Shown one piece after another: positions 19,283 through 28,596 of a DNA stretch of 64,000 bases. The notes beneath the pieces were generated by a model that was not told the DNA's origin, made no database searches, and saw nothing but the letters and a program-made list of their open reading frames with translations. The DNA lies in IMG/VR virus record IMGVR_UViG_3300024327_000544. The stretch is one strand, 5' to 3'. Source of the DNA: a virus. Position numbers and translations under genes: made by a program. How positions within the stretch are numbered: the first letter of the stretch is position 1; each line of letters starts with the position of its first letter.

Positions 19283-20134
19283 CTAAAACTCCTGAATGGA
19301 TTCAGTCAATTCTTTAAGTCTATACTTAATGAAATAATTAAGCATTTTATCACGGCCGGTGTACTGATCACTTTCATACCGTGTTTGTATATTTATCTGA
19401 ATTGAATCTGGTATACACGCTAAATCTATAAGAGTTTCATTCCTCTTATAATTGCGTAAAAGCTCACCTTCAAACAATTCTTCTGGATTTCCACTTAACC
19501 ATTTTTCAATTTTCTTCTTTGAAAGTGGTTTTTGACGTAACCCTTCTACCAAACAATTATCATTTGACAATATATTTGGTACTCCGTCACTACGATCACC
19601 TTTTACAATTAAAGCCCTTAGCTGTTCTTCAGGTTTAGGGTTATTTAAAAATTTCTTTGTTAAAGGAGACCATTGTGAAATATTTTTATATTTTTGTAGT
19701 TGGATAAAATCTTTATCTGATGAAACAATTAAAATAGGATCTGTATTATAATTCTTACATATAACGCCTATAATATCATCTGCTTCACATCCATCCATAG
19801 TAACAACCCTATAAGGCATGTATTCTTCTAATTCAGAACGAATATCATCAATAACTCCAAATAAAGCTTTCCAATCTATATTCTGTTTATTTTCTTCTCT
19901 GGCTTTCTTACGATTTGCCTTATATAATGGAAAATAATCTTTTCTCCAATTATTTTTATTATCGCAACAGAAAACCATGTCACTTCCATATTTGTCACAA
20001 AAACGATTACGAATCATCTTAATGTTATTCATAACCATATGGCGAACCATATCATTTTCTTTTCCAGGTTCAAATTGCTTTTGAAATATCATAAAATTAG
20101 CAATTATCATCTGATTATAATCAACGAGTATCAT
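19283..20134 (-). CDS. rnh: T4-type RNase H (5'-3' exonuclease)
   Basis: MILVDYNQ, WRKDYFPLYKANRK, EADDIIG, SSDKDFIQL and GDRSDGVPN. Confidence 0.93.
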   Translation of the reverse strand: MILVDYNQMIIANFMIFQKQFEPGKENDMVRHMVMNNIKMIRNRFCDKYGSDMVFCCDNKNNWRKDYFPLYKANRKKAREENKQNIDWKALFGVIDDIRSELEEYMPYRVVTMDGCEADDIIGVICKNYNTDPILIVSSDKDFIQLQKYKNISQWSPLTKKFLNNPKPEEQLRALIVKGDRSDGVPNILSNDNCLVEGLRQKPLSKKKIEKWLSGNPEELFEGELLRNYKRNETLIDLACIPDSIQINIQTRYESDQYTGRDKMLNYFIKYRLKELTESIQEF

Positions 20135-20919
20135 TTTTTCTTTTTCTTTTTGTTTTTATTCCTTCTATACCAATTTAACTTAACAGGTTTACTACTTTCT
20201 TTTTTCACCGTTTGAATGTTATCGCATTCTTCAATCAAATTATCATAAAATTTGATTAATCTGTTTTTAATAATTCCATTTAAATGGCTATATGCCTCTT
20301 TAAGATCTGGATCTCCATCTTTTGCTAATCGTATCTCCTCCGCCATTAAATTTATTTCTTCTTTTAAATGCTTTGCAACAGGCTTAGAAATCTTATTTTG
20401 TTTAACAAAGGTCTTAAAATTAAATTTTTCCTTAAATCCACTATCAATTTGTTGTTCCACAACTTCTTCCACATCAAATGCCAACTTCTTTGCCATATCA
20501 TGCATTCTTTGCTGAATATCTGGTCTTACTTTATTAGGCTGTGCCACTTCTTGTTGATTTTTTCTTCTATTAGCAATTTCTTCAATCTTTTTAAGTTTCT
20601 CAATAAAAAGTGTTTCAAGTTTTTCTGGGCACCGATCAAGACCCCGTGTTTTTAACCGCGCAATATAACCAACATGCATTCCTACTGCTTCTAAATCTAT
20701 TGGTTTAATCTTTTTAGGTGATGTCGTCTTAACTTTATTCTTTTTATAGTATTCAGAAACAAAATCCATTGTTTCTTTAAAGTCATAGAATTTATAATAC
20801 CATCTAAATGCGTCATACATTTTATTTGTTAGAACATCTTCCTCTAATTCCATCCAATCCCTTGGATCTGGTTCTTCACCCATATGCTGCGCTTCGAGCG
20901 ATCTTTTCTGAAATGCCAT
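20131..20919 (-). CDS. Conserved T4-like phage hypothetical protein
   Basis: Long ORF with good codon pattern (GEEP..WYY..GYIAR..L.EAYSHL), overlapping rnh. Confidence 0.6.
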   Translation of the reverse strand: MAFQKRSLEAQHMGEEPDPRDWMELEEDVLTNKMYDAFRWYYKFYDFKETMDFVSEYYKKNKVKTTSPKKIKPIDLEAVGMHVGYIARLKTRGLDRCPEKLETLFIEKLKKIEEIANRRKNQQEVAQPNKVRPDIQQRMHDMAKKLAFDVEEVVEQQIDSGFKEKFNFKTFVKQNKISKPVAKHLKEEINLMAEEIRLAKDGDPDLKEAYSHLNGIIKNRLIKFYDNLIEECDNIQTVKKESSKPVKLNWYRRNKNKKKKKK

Positions 20920-20920
20920 A

Positions 20921-21235
20921 TTAACTCGCTTCTGGAGGATCAGGTTGACTATTTTGTGTTTCCATTACTATTCTATCAAAAACGTTAAATGAAACAGGTT
21001 CCCATAACGACTCTTCTCCGAATTCAAAACATAACACCTTACCATCATGCGCTTGCGCTATTATCACTTGGCCTCCACCAAATAAGCTAGGAATACTTTG
21101 TCCCATAACATGAATCCATAATGGTAAATCCTTATGTTTGTAAAAACTATCCACTTTTAAAGGCACATCAGTTTCTGCTGTTGCCCTTTTAAGATTACGA
21201 CTCTTCTTGAATTCCTGTAAGTCTATAACTTTCAT
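20921..21235 (-). CDS. Hypothetical protein
   Basis: ORF in operon, starting MKVIDLQEFK. Confidence 0.55.
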   Translation of the reverse strand: MKVIDLQEFKKSRNLKRATAETDVPLKVDSFYKHKDLPLWIHVMGQSIPSLFGGGQVIIAQAHDGKVLCFEFGEESLWEPVSFNVFDRIVMETQNSQPDPPEAS

Positions 21236-21797
21236 GTCTTGTTTTTAATTCACACATCACGTAATGTAATATGATAGACATTACGCTTTCACACTTTTCC
21301 ATATGATTATAGTTAATATGTATAAACTTTTGGACTTTAGACTTACACACACCACCATCATATCCTAAGATACCATACGTCTTAATCCCGTTTAATTCAG
21401 CGTAATCAACGGCTCTAACAACATTTTCTGAGTTTCCACTACCACTTATAACAAATAATGAATCACCTTCATTAGCGAGCGTTATAAGCTGATTTACAAA
21501 TATGTTATCATAGCTATCATCGTTAGATGTAGCAGTAATGAAACCGATGTCGTTACTAAGAGAAATAGCCCTAATCCTAGGTTTTGAACTTCCATTTTCA
21601 ATAACCCCTTTTGATAAGTCCTGTGCAAAGTGACTTGCATTTAATGCACTCCCACCATTACCACAAATAAAAAATTGTTTTTGGGACTTGTAAGTCTCCC
21701 AAATACCTTCTATAAGATGATTTATATGATCTGCACGTACTGCTTGGCATATACCATCTACATCATCCGCAAAATGTTTCCAAGTTTTACTTTTCAT
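21195..21797 (-). CDS. gmhA: Phosphoheptose isomerase (SIS domain)
   Basis: ICGNGGSALNASHFAQDL, TATSND, ISGSGNSENV and GYDGG. Confidence 0.85.
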   Translation of the reverse strand: MKSKTWKHFADDVDGICQAVRADHINHLIEGIWETYKSQKQFFICGNGGSALNASHFAQDLSKGVIENGSSKPRIRAISLSNDIGFITATSNDDSYDNIFVNQLITLANEGDSLFVISGSGNSENVVRAVDYAELNGIKTYGILGYDGGVCKSKVQKFIHINYNHMEKCESVMSIILHYVMCELKTRHESYRLTGIQEES

Positions 21798-22749
21798 TAT
21801 TTAATATTATTCTTGATCCTTGGTTATCAAACTTTATTCTGAAAGTGTCTAGGTCTTCATACTTTGATTGTATGCCTTGAGGATTTTCTGTCATAAAGAG
21901 TAAATATCCTCCTCCACCTGCACCACAAATTTTATAACCTATTATATCATGTAATGATCTATTAATCAACAGATTTATTTTATCATTTATAATACCCTTT
22001 GCTAATTCTTGTTTTATTCTCATTGAATTAAGCATTGTAAGTCCAAAATCAAAATATTCTTTTTTCTTAAGTTGTCTTAAACCCTCTTCAACGTATTCAG
22101 CCATTCGATCATATTTCTGAACTTTTCTCTGGGTATTTTTTCTCTGATCTGTCAAAATATCTGATGACTGTCTGTGAATACCTGTATTAACTAAAACGAA
22201 CATATCCTCAAAGTTTTCATCGATTTCTAATTCATTAACCGTGACCTTGCCAGATTTCCTAAAGGAAAGAGTGTTAAAACCGCCGTAACTGACAGCAAAC
22301 TGGTCTTGTTTGCCAATTGGCTTCTTTAATATTTCTATCTCAATACGGCATGCTAGATGAGCTATATCGTTATGGTTTAAATCTGCTTTAACCAATGTTC
22401 CAATTGAATGTATTAATCCTACTAAGATACTTGATGATGATGCAAGCCCTGAACCTTCAGAAGGTATATCTGCTAAAGTTGTAATCTCTAAACCAAAATC
22501 TATCTTAAAATGTTTAAGTACTTCACGAATATATTCATGCTGGATTTCATCAATAGAATTGCAAATTTCTTTCTTAGAATAATTACAAACCCATTGTTTC
22601 CTGTAAAGTTTATTTACTACAACATATGTATATTTGTCTATTGCAGCGCTGATTACTTTTCCTGGTTTATCAGCGTTTTTATAATATTCTGGTAGATCTG
22701 TTCCGCCACCAATAAAACTAACTCTTAGAGGTGTTTGACAAACTAGCAA
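21787..22749 (-). CDS. hddA: GHMP kinase, D-glycero-alpha-D-manno-heptose-7-phosphate kinase-like
   Basis: PLRVSFIGGGTD, DIPSEGSGLASSS, GKQDQ..YGG and KICGAGGGG. Confidence 0.85.
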   Translation of the reverse strand: MLVCQTPLRVSFIGGGTDLPEYYKNADKPGKVISAAIDKYTYVVVNKLYRKQWVCNYSKKEICNSIDEIQHEYIREVLKHFKIDFGLEITTLADIPSEGSGLASSSSILVGLIHSIGTLVKADLNHNDIAHLACRIEIEILKKPIGKQDQFAVSYGGFNTLSFRKSGKVTVNELEIDENFEDMFVLVNTGIHRQSSDILTDQRKNTQRKVQKYDRMAEYVEEGLRQLKKKEYFDFGLTMLNSMRIKQELAKGIINDKINLLINRSLHDIIGYKICGAGGGGYLLFMTENPQGIQSKYEDLDTFRIKFDNQGSRIILNNEK

Positions 22750-23155
22750 TTCTCTCCTTTAACTCAGTTGAACTATAATCATGATATCTTCGACAATAAT
22801 GTATTTCAATATCTCTATCTTCACATATATTATACCCTGTTATAAACAAATTGTCACGTAAATATTCTTCACCTAAAAATCTCATATGAAGAGGTGTTAT
22901 TGTCTTGAGCATATTCTTAAGATCTTTTTCTGATTCATATGGGATAATCTCATCCACATACTTACATCCTTTTAATTGTACCCATCGCTCAAAGCATGAT
23001 TGTACTACATTCTTTTTATGTCCTGGTGATGTATGCAATCCAACAATAAGATAATCACAATGTTGTTTCGCTTCTGCTAACATTGTAATATGTCCGGCGT
23101 GTAATAAATCAAAACACGAGAATGCTATTCCTCTAATCTGTTTCAGCGAGGTCAT
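22718..23155 (-). CDS. HxGH nucleotidyltransferase (TagD/RfaE-like cytidylyltransferase)
   Basis: FDLLHAGH, YLIVGL, ER..L..CKYVDEIIPY and YSSTELK. Confidence 0.88.
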   Translation of the reverse strand: MTSLKQIRGIAFSCFDLLHAGHITMLAEAKQHCDYLIVGLHTSPGHKKNVVQSCFERWVQLKGCKYVDEIIPYESEKDLKNMLKTITPLHMRFLGEEYLRDNLFITGYNICEDRDIEIHYCRRYHDYSSTELKERIASLSNTSKS

Positions 23156-24122
23156 CTTCTATCTCCATTAACTCCAACATTTCAATCCACTTAGGGGCCC
23201 TATACTCCCAGCTATAATATTTGTCGGCATGTTTCTTCGCTCTATTAATTATATCTAGAGTTTCAGATTCCCAATAATTATCCATCAACTTATCTAACTC
23301 ATCTGCAAACCTATAACAATGTTGAATTTCATCTTTAACATAAGGATACATAATTGCATGATCAGAACATGTTTCAGGTAAAGCCCCTAAATTATTTGTT
23401 AACATAACAGTTCTTGCAGACATAGCTTCCATAGCTGTTCTACAAGATGTTTCTTCCCAAATACAAGGATAAGTCCAAATATGCATATCTTCCCATTCTT
23501 CTCTTAAAGGTCTTCCAATAACAGAATTGTGTAAAGTCATATTAGGATTTCCTTCTATATGTTCAAATAACTCTTTATAAGGTTGATCATTTTCTTTCCA
23601 CCCATAAACACTATAAGATGAATAAACATGTAAATGCCAATCATCCCTTTCGAGTTCATGTAAAGCATTGCATAAAATATGTAGACCTCTTTGAGGAGTA
23701 GAACAATATATTAAATTTAGTTTATCATCTTTTGGCTTTTCATATTGTTCGTGAGGGAAGATCGCTGTTTTCATTACCTCACATTTAGTGGTGGGCAAAT
23801 TATATTTTGATATAAAGGTCATCATTTGCCAATGACTGGAAAAAATAAATTTTTCAAAATTCTCATGGCCAGTATTATGCTCAAGAAGCTTATGACATGG
23901 ATCACCTGCTAGATCATGAAACCACCATATTTTAGGTAAAACGGTTTGCATATCATCATCATATAATCTTGATATCACCCATTGATAGTCTGTCTTATAT
24001 TTTTGCGGTAAATGAGACCATAACTCTAATGTCGTTAATTCTGTTCCACCAAAAGACCTTTTCGCAATATTACCTTCACGTCTTTGTGGAATATCTGTTG
24101 CTTTGTAAATATCTAAATTCAT
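23133..24122 (-). CDS. Glycosyltransferase (GT-B, GT4-like)
   Basis: GGTE, WFHD, YCSTPQRGL and EETSCRTAMEAM..GALPET. Confidence 0.85.
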   Translation of the reverse strand: MNLDIYKATDIPQRREGNIAKRSFGGTELTTLELWSHLPQKYKTDYQWVISRLYDDDMQTVLPKIWWFHDLAGDPCHKLLEHNTGHENFEKFIFSSHWQMMTFISKYNLPTTKCEVMKTAIFPHEQYEKPKDDKLNLIYCSTPQRGLHILCNALHELERDDWHLHVYSSYSVYGWKENDQPYKELFEHIEGNPNMTLHNSVIGRPLREEWEDMHIWTYPCIWEETSCRTAMEAMSARTVMLTNNLGALPETCSDHAIMYPYVKDEIQHCYRFADELDKLMDNYWESETLDIINRAKKHADKYYSWEYRAPKWIEMLELMEIEDDLAETD

Positions 24123-24997
24123 GTTGTCTCGAATTTTAATGTTTGTGGTACATTTAAAATATAATTTATCATTTCTTTATGAAAATCTCTATTTGCTTGT
24201 CTACATTCCTCAAGCGCGTGGTTATACTGGTGTTGTTCTGAATTGTTTAAAGTCTTCCACCAATCAGGGGCCGGACAAAGAAGTGGTTTATGTTTCAATC
24301 CATGAAATTTAGAAGCCCATGGAAATGCAACCACAACTTTTCCTAATAGTGTTGCCCAATAAGCACCGTGATATGAATTTGTGACAACTACATCTGCACT
24401 TCCGAGAAATTCTATTACTTCTTCAAATGTTTGTTTATTATCATTATTCATATGTGGATAGTCCCATGTTTGTTTAGGCATCATATGAATAACAAACATT
24501 GGTAATGATTGATGTGTAAAGAAAACAATATCATTTTTTACTTCATATTCTTTATCAAAGGCTTCATGCATACAACTCGCACACGGAACCCATCTAGCTG
24601 AGGGTACTGCAGTATATATTCCAGGATACCAATCCCTAATACCTAATAGATCAAATTTTCTAATATAAAAAGGATATGATATATCTATTGGAGGTATAGA
24701 TTGTGTTTGTTCATCCATACTAACATAAATGTGTTCTCCTAATCCCCATCCAAATACTTTATAATTGCCATTTTTCTGATTTGTTATAGTATGTCCCATA
24801 GGTCTCATTTGTCCTATGAGTCCACCACCTCCATAAATGACATTTTCATACTCTGGTTCATATCCATGGTCTAATTTCCAGATATCTTTTGAATTACCCG
24901 GTAGATCAAAGTACCTAGCAGGTGAACTATACCAGTCACCTATGTTAGTCTCGTCTGTCCTAAATATATTAGTAAATTTTAAATCTTGAGGGTACAT
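24119..24997 (-). CDS. Polysaccharide pyruvyl-transferase-like protein
   Basis: NIGD, YGGGGL, GIRD, VPCASCM and VVTNSYHGAYWATLLGK. Confidence 0.7.
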   Translation of the reverse strand: MYPQDLKFTNIFRTDETNIGDWYSSPARYFDLPGNSKDIWKLDHGYEPEYENVIYGGGGLIGQMRPMGHTITNQKNGNYKVFGWGLGEHIYVSMDEQTQSIPPIDISYPFYIRKFDLLGIRDWYPGIYTAVPSARWVPCASCMHEAFDKEYEVKNDIVFFTHQSLPMFVIHMMPKQTWDYPHMNNDNKQTFEEVIEFLGSADVVVTNSYHGAYWATLLGKVVVAFPWASKFHGLKHKPLLCPAPDWWKTLNNSEQHQYNHALEECRQANRDFHKEMINYILNVPQTLKFETT

Positions 24998-25384
24998 ATG
25001 GACGAATTAAATGATTTTGGTTTTAGTACGGTAAGTGAAACAGATTTTACTGCCACAGCTAAAGAACCGGAAACAAAAGTAGTAGAAGCTGCTGTTGCAG
25101 AAGCTAAAGCTGGACAAATAAAAGAAGTTGAAGGTACAGTGAATAAAATATGGAGTTTGTTGGATTATCATTATGAAGATATTGATAAACATAAAGACAA
25201 ATTAAACAAAGAGTATGAAATAAAAATGAAAACAGTTGAAGATATGATTGTTCCTCTGTTGAACAATTTGGCAAAGTCTTCAACCAACGAATACATATAT
25301 TGGCCAAATAGGCGAGAGATACTAGAAAAGCAAATCGAGAAAATTACAGAACATACTCGAGACGTAAATATATTCACTGATTAA
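24998..25384 (+). CDS. Conserved T4-like hypothetical protein; the only credible plus-strand gene
   Basis: GAGGG RBS before the ATG at 24998. DFGFS.V and PLL.NLAK..EYIYWPNR pattern recalled from T4-like phages. It fills the gap between two minus-strand genes. Confidence 0.75.
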   Translation: MDELNDFGFSTVSETDFTATAKEPETKVVEAAVAEAKAGQIKEVEGTVNKIWSLLDYHYEDIDKHKDKLNKEYEIKMKTVEDMIVPLLNNLAKSSTNEYIYWPNRREILEKQIEKITEHTRDVNIFTD

Positions 25385-25913
25385 CTCCATATTTACAAAG
25401 GAAGTAGGAATCAACAATATCACTAGCCGGGTTACCAGTCTCTTGAACTAAATCAAAAGTGTCCGGTTCTGTTTTCCATGCTTCTAACATTGCTTCTTTA
25501 TTAGAATTTCCCTTACCTGTAGCAAACTTTTTAAGAACTGTTGGAGGAACGATTTCATAGCGGAAACCGTTCTTTTTTAATGTATATTTTAATATCCCAA
25601 CATTTTCCGCAATGTGAAAAACTCTGCCTGTAGATCCAAATGAATAATCTTCCAAAACAACTTTGGACGCTCTATAATTATAGTGGCGGAGTGTCTCTAT
25701 GGTCCATTCTGCCAAAAACATATACTTATCTAGATCTTTTAAATCTTTTGGGAATTTATAACAATTCACATTTTGAAGGGCGGACCACCGAGGCCTCCAC
25801 TTATCCAAACCAAAAAAATGATAAGAACAATTACTGGGATTAAGTATTCCATCTTCTTTATAGATGCACACTGCGGGACTATTCATTGAATAATCAATAC
25901 CTGCACATATCAA
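25374..25913 (-). CDS. RuvC-like nuclease
   Basis: AGIDYS, VLEDYS, PTVLKKFATGKGN..K and DIVDSY acidic residues. Confidence 0.7.
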   Translation of the reverse strand: MICAGIDYSMNSPAVCIYKEDGILNPSNCSYHFFGLDKWRPRWSALQNVNCYKFPKDLKDLDKYMFLAEWTIETLRHYNYRASKVVLEDYSFGSTGRVFHIAENVGILKYTLKKNGFRYEIVPPTVLKKFATGKGNSNKEAMLEAWKTEPDTFDLVQETGNPASDIVDSYFLCKYGVNQ

Positions 25914-26384
25914 TTAAAATCCTAACTGTTGCAATTCTTTTATACTATTTTCTGATGAAGTATGATGAATTGCAATTCCACCTTTAGCCCTCCATTCGGT
26001 TATGTTACCTTCATGATCATCTATTAAGAGATTAGGAGAGAGATTCTCCTCAGCAGCAAAATACTGCTTTTCTTCTCTGTAAACAACATGTATTTTAGAG
26101 GGATATATTTTATAATGGTTAAAGGCCCATTGATATTTTTGAACCCTTGATTTTTCAAATCTGCCTTTTTTAGGAATAGCTGACAATAAGTGAATATCAA
26201 ACATTCCACGAACATAATCAACTAATTGATCTGCATCAGGCATTTTTTCTAACTTGAGGAATAATTCAGGATCAACTTCACTCCATCTATTATCCCATAT
26301 TTTTTTACTTTCAAACTGTTTAATAATGGCGCCATCAAAATCTGCTATAACACCATCCATATCTATAAAAACTATCATCTTCAA
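25914..26384 (-). CDS. HAD-family 5'(3')-deoxyribonucleotidase
   Basis: FIDMDGVIADF, LLSA, K..W and LLIDD..GNI.EW. Confidence 0.88.
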   Translation of the reverse strand: MKMIVFIDMDGVIADFDGAIIKQFESKKIWDNRWSEVDPELFLKLEKMPDADQLVDYVRGMFDIHLLSAIPKKGRFEKSRVQKYQWAFNHYKIYPSKIHVVYREEKQYFAAEENLSPNLLIDDHEGNITEWRAKGGIAIHHTSSENSIKELQQLGF

Positions 26385-26584
26385 TCATAAATAAAATTTG
26401 TATCCGGGTTTCTTTCCCTATACGTTTTATCGAGAACATCCTCCAACCAAACCTTTCCGGATCCAGCTGAAGAATTCTCGATTGATTTCCAGATCTGCGA
26501 AAGTGTACGTTCATCTAAAGAATCAGTATAAACCTTTATAACGCTCATACAATCCTCAACATATTTTTCGAAGTCTGTTTTCAT
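26381..26584 (-). CDS. Small hypothetical protein
   Basis: ORF directly behind a sigma70-like promoter, with an RBS-like AAGGG. Confidence 0.55.
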   Translation of the reverse strand: MKTDFEKYVEDCMSVIKVYTDSLDERTLSQIWKSIENSSAGSGKVWLEDVLDKTYRERNPDTNFIYD

Positions 26585-26595
26585 ATTACCCTTTA

Positions 26596-26624
26596 TTATA
26601 CGGCAAAGTTATTTAAAAATCAAG
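26596..26624 (-). promoter_or_regulatory. Sigma70-like early/middle promoter
   Basis: TTGATT-N17-TATAAT in the intergenic gap. Confidence 0.55.
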
Positions 26625-26634
26625 TAAAAAATTT

Positions 26635-28596
26635 CTATATTAAATCAACCACTTCGCAACCACCAGGAGCTGCACATGCTGCAGATTGTGCTCCAGCAGT
26701 GTGATCTTCTTTCTCATAATCTCCTAATGTCGTCCAATCTACATCCTTAGGCATTTTCGCTGATAGTGCATCATGTTCTTTTTTATCGCAATCTTGATAT
26801 GGTGCTTGCTTATAAGTATGTTCACTAAATGGTAAAAATGAGATACCACTGATATTATCAAAATTATCCCATACCCAATTACCTACACCCAACCATTCAT
26901 GTTCTTTAACAGAAACTGTAACGGATGGTTTATGTTCACACCAATGATCTTGATATATTTTCCAAAGTTCCAATTGTTCTAAAGCATTCATATCATTTCT
27001 ACATATAGCACCTTTTGGACTCTTCTGTGGAAATGAAAATACTGTTGTATGTTCTGGTTTTGTTACATCAGGTTCATTAGGAAATCCTGCTTGCATCATA
27101 AACTTACACAAAGGATCTTTATTATCTGCTCGCACTGTTCTGATGTAATAAGGATTATGACGGGCATGAATACCACTAGCAGAATCAACCAACTGAGAAA
27201 CAGTCCCCGAAGGCTTAACACACGTAATGGCGGCCGATCTAGGGATGCCAAGTTTATCAGCCCATTCTGCATTTGTTTTAATGGCAATATCACGGAGTTC
27301 TTCCAATAATTCACCAGTTTTCTTTTTACCCGCTTTACCATTTGTTAACCCATTATCCATGATTCCGGTAAGTGAGACTCCCAGTAATCGTTCCTCTGCG
27401 CAGTTTCTGTTCCACTCTCTTGTAAGATATTTGAAGTCGGTAAGTGTGGATTGAAATGTTCCAAGAATGGTCGCACTGCGAACTTTGTTCTTGAGATGCT
27501 CTCTAGTGTCTGCCCCCCTGACAACGACCTCAGATAAGTTGCAGAATTCTCGTGAGCGTAAAATGATCTCACTGCACGGATTTGTGCCGAAGTCATCTCT
27601 GGGTACTCGTCTTCGAATGTAATTTCCACTTCCATCTTGTTCTCTTTCATTTAATTTTTGTACTTGTTTTTTGGCCGACATACTGTTATAGATTCCTCGT
27701 TCCCCGGATTTACTATCGTAGAGAGATAACCACTCACGCATGAAAGTACCGATGTCTGGTCTTTCCTTATAGTTAACCGAATTATTTGCGAGGGCACGTT
27801 GGACATCGTTTTTCCACCATTCACCTGCTTTGGCGAATCGCATTTCACGATCATTGAGATCAGACAAACTAATAAGAGCACTACGCCTGACCCCACCCAC
27901 AACAACAACTTCCGCTGTTTTACAAATGATATCATGACATTCAACTGGTTTGAGTTTTCTCCCTGCAGCAAGTTTAAATATATCCGTTACAAAGTTAAAT
28001 AAATCAACTAAAGGTTGTGGACCACTTGCTCTACCACCAAAAGTTTTTAAAGGCATTCCAGCAGGTCGAACTTTACTAATATCCCATTTAGGTATTAAAC
28101 CTTGATATAATAAAGCAACTAATTCTTTATATGCTTTACACCATCCTAATTTACTATCAGCAACTACAATAATAGTATCTGTAGGATAAAATTCTTCAGC
28201 AATTATTGGCATCTGTTTTGTATGTTCTTCTTCAACAGAAAAGCCAACTCCAGTTCCATTCATTAAAACGTACATAATTTCATCAAATGTTCTGGGTTGA
28301 TCACATTTAATATATGAGCAATTATAACCTGCAACATTTTCTTTTTTTAAAGGAACACCAGCTGTCATCATACATCGCATAGACGGCATAATTTCCATCG
28401 CCAATACTGTTTCTTCTAACTGTTCTCGTTCTTCTTTACTTAATTCAAAATTACATTTTTCTTTTAAATCTTCTTTAAAAAAATCAAAATATCGGCCAAC
28501 TGTTTCTGACCATGTTTCTCGCCTCTCTTCATCATATCTCCATCTTGCGTATCTTGAAAGATGAATAAAGGACTGGTATTCTGTAGGTAAATTCAT
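26635..28596 (-). CDS. nrdJ: Class II (adenosylcobalamin-dependent) ribonucleotide reductase; start refined to 28596
   Basis: PSMR, AGYNCS, GGRASGP, VGGVRRSA, TNPCSEI, TCVKPSGTVSQL and a C-terminal Cys pair (ACAAPGGC). No nrdB nearby. Confidence 0.85.
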   Translation of the reverse strand: MNLPTEYQSFIHLSRYARWRYDEERRETWSETVGRYFDFFKEDLKEKCNFELSKEEREQLEETVLAMEIMPSMRCMMTAGVPLKKENVAGYNCSYIKCDQPRTFDEIMYVLMNGTGVGFSVEEEHTKQMPIIAEEFYPTDTIIVVADSKLGWCKAYKELVALLYQGLIPKWDISKVRPAGMPLKTFGGRASGPQPLVDLFNFVTDIFKLAAGRKLKPVECHDIICKTAEVVVVGGVRRSALISLSDLNDREMRFAKAGEWWKNDVQRALANNSVNYKERPDIGTFMREWLSLYDSKSGERGIYNSMSAKKQVQKLNEREQDGSGNYIRRRVPRDDFGTNPCSEIILRSREFCNLSEVVVRGADTREHLKNKVRSATILGTFQSTLTDFKYLTREWNRNCAEERLLGVSLTGIMDNGLTNGKAGKKKTGELLEELRDIAIKTNAEWADKLGIPRSAAITCVKPSGTVSQLVDSASGIHARHNPYYIRTVRADNKDPLCKFMMQAGFPNEPDVTKPEHTTVFSFPQKSPKGAICRNDMNALEQLELWKIYQDHWCEHKPSVTVSVKEHEWLGVGNWVWDNFDNISGISFLPFSEHTYKQAPYQDCDKKEHDALSAKMPKDVDWTTLGDYEKEDHTAGAQSAACAAPGGCEVVDLI

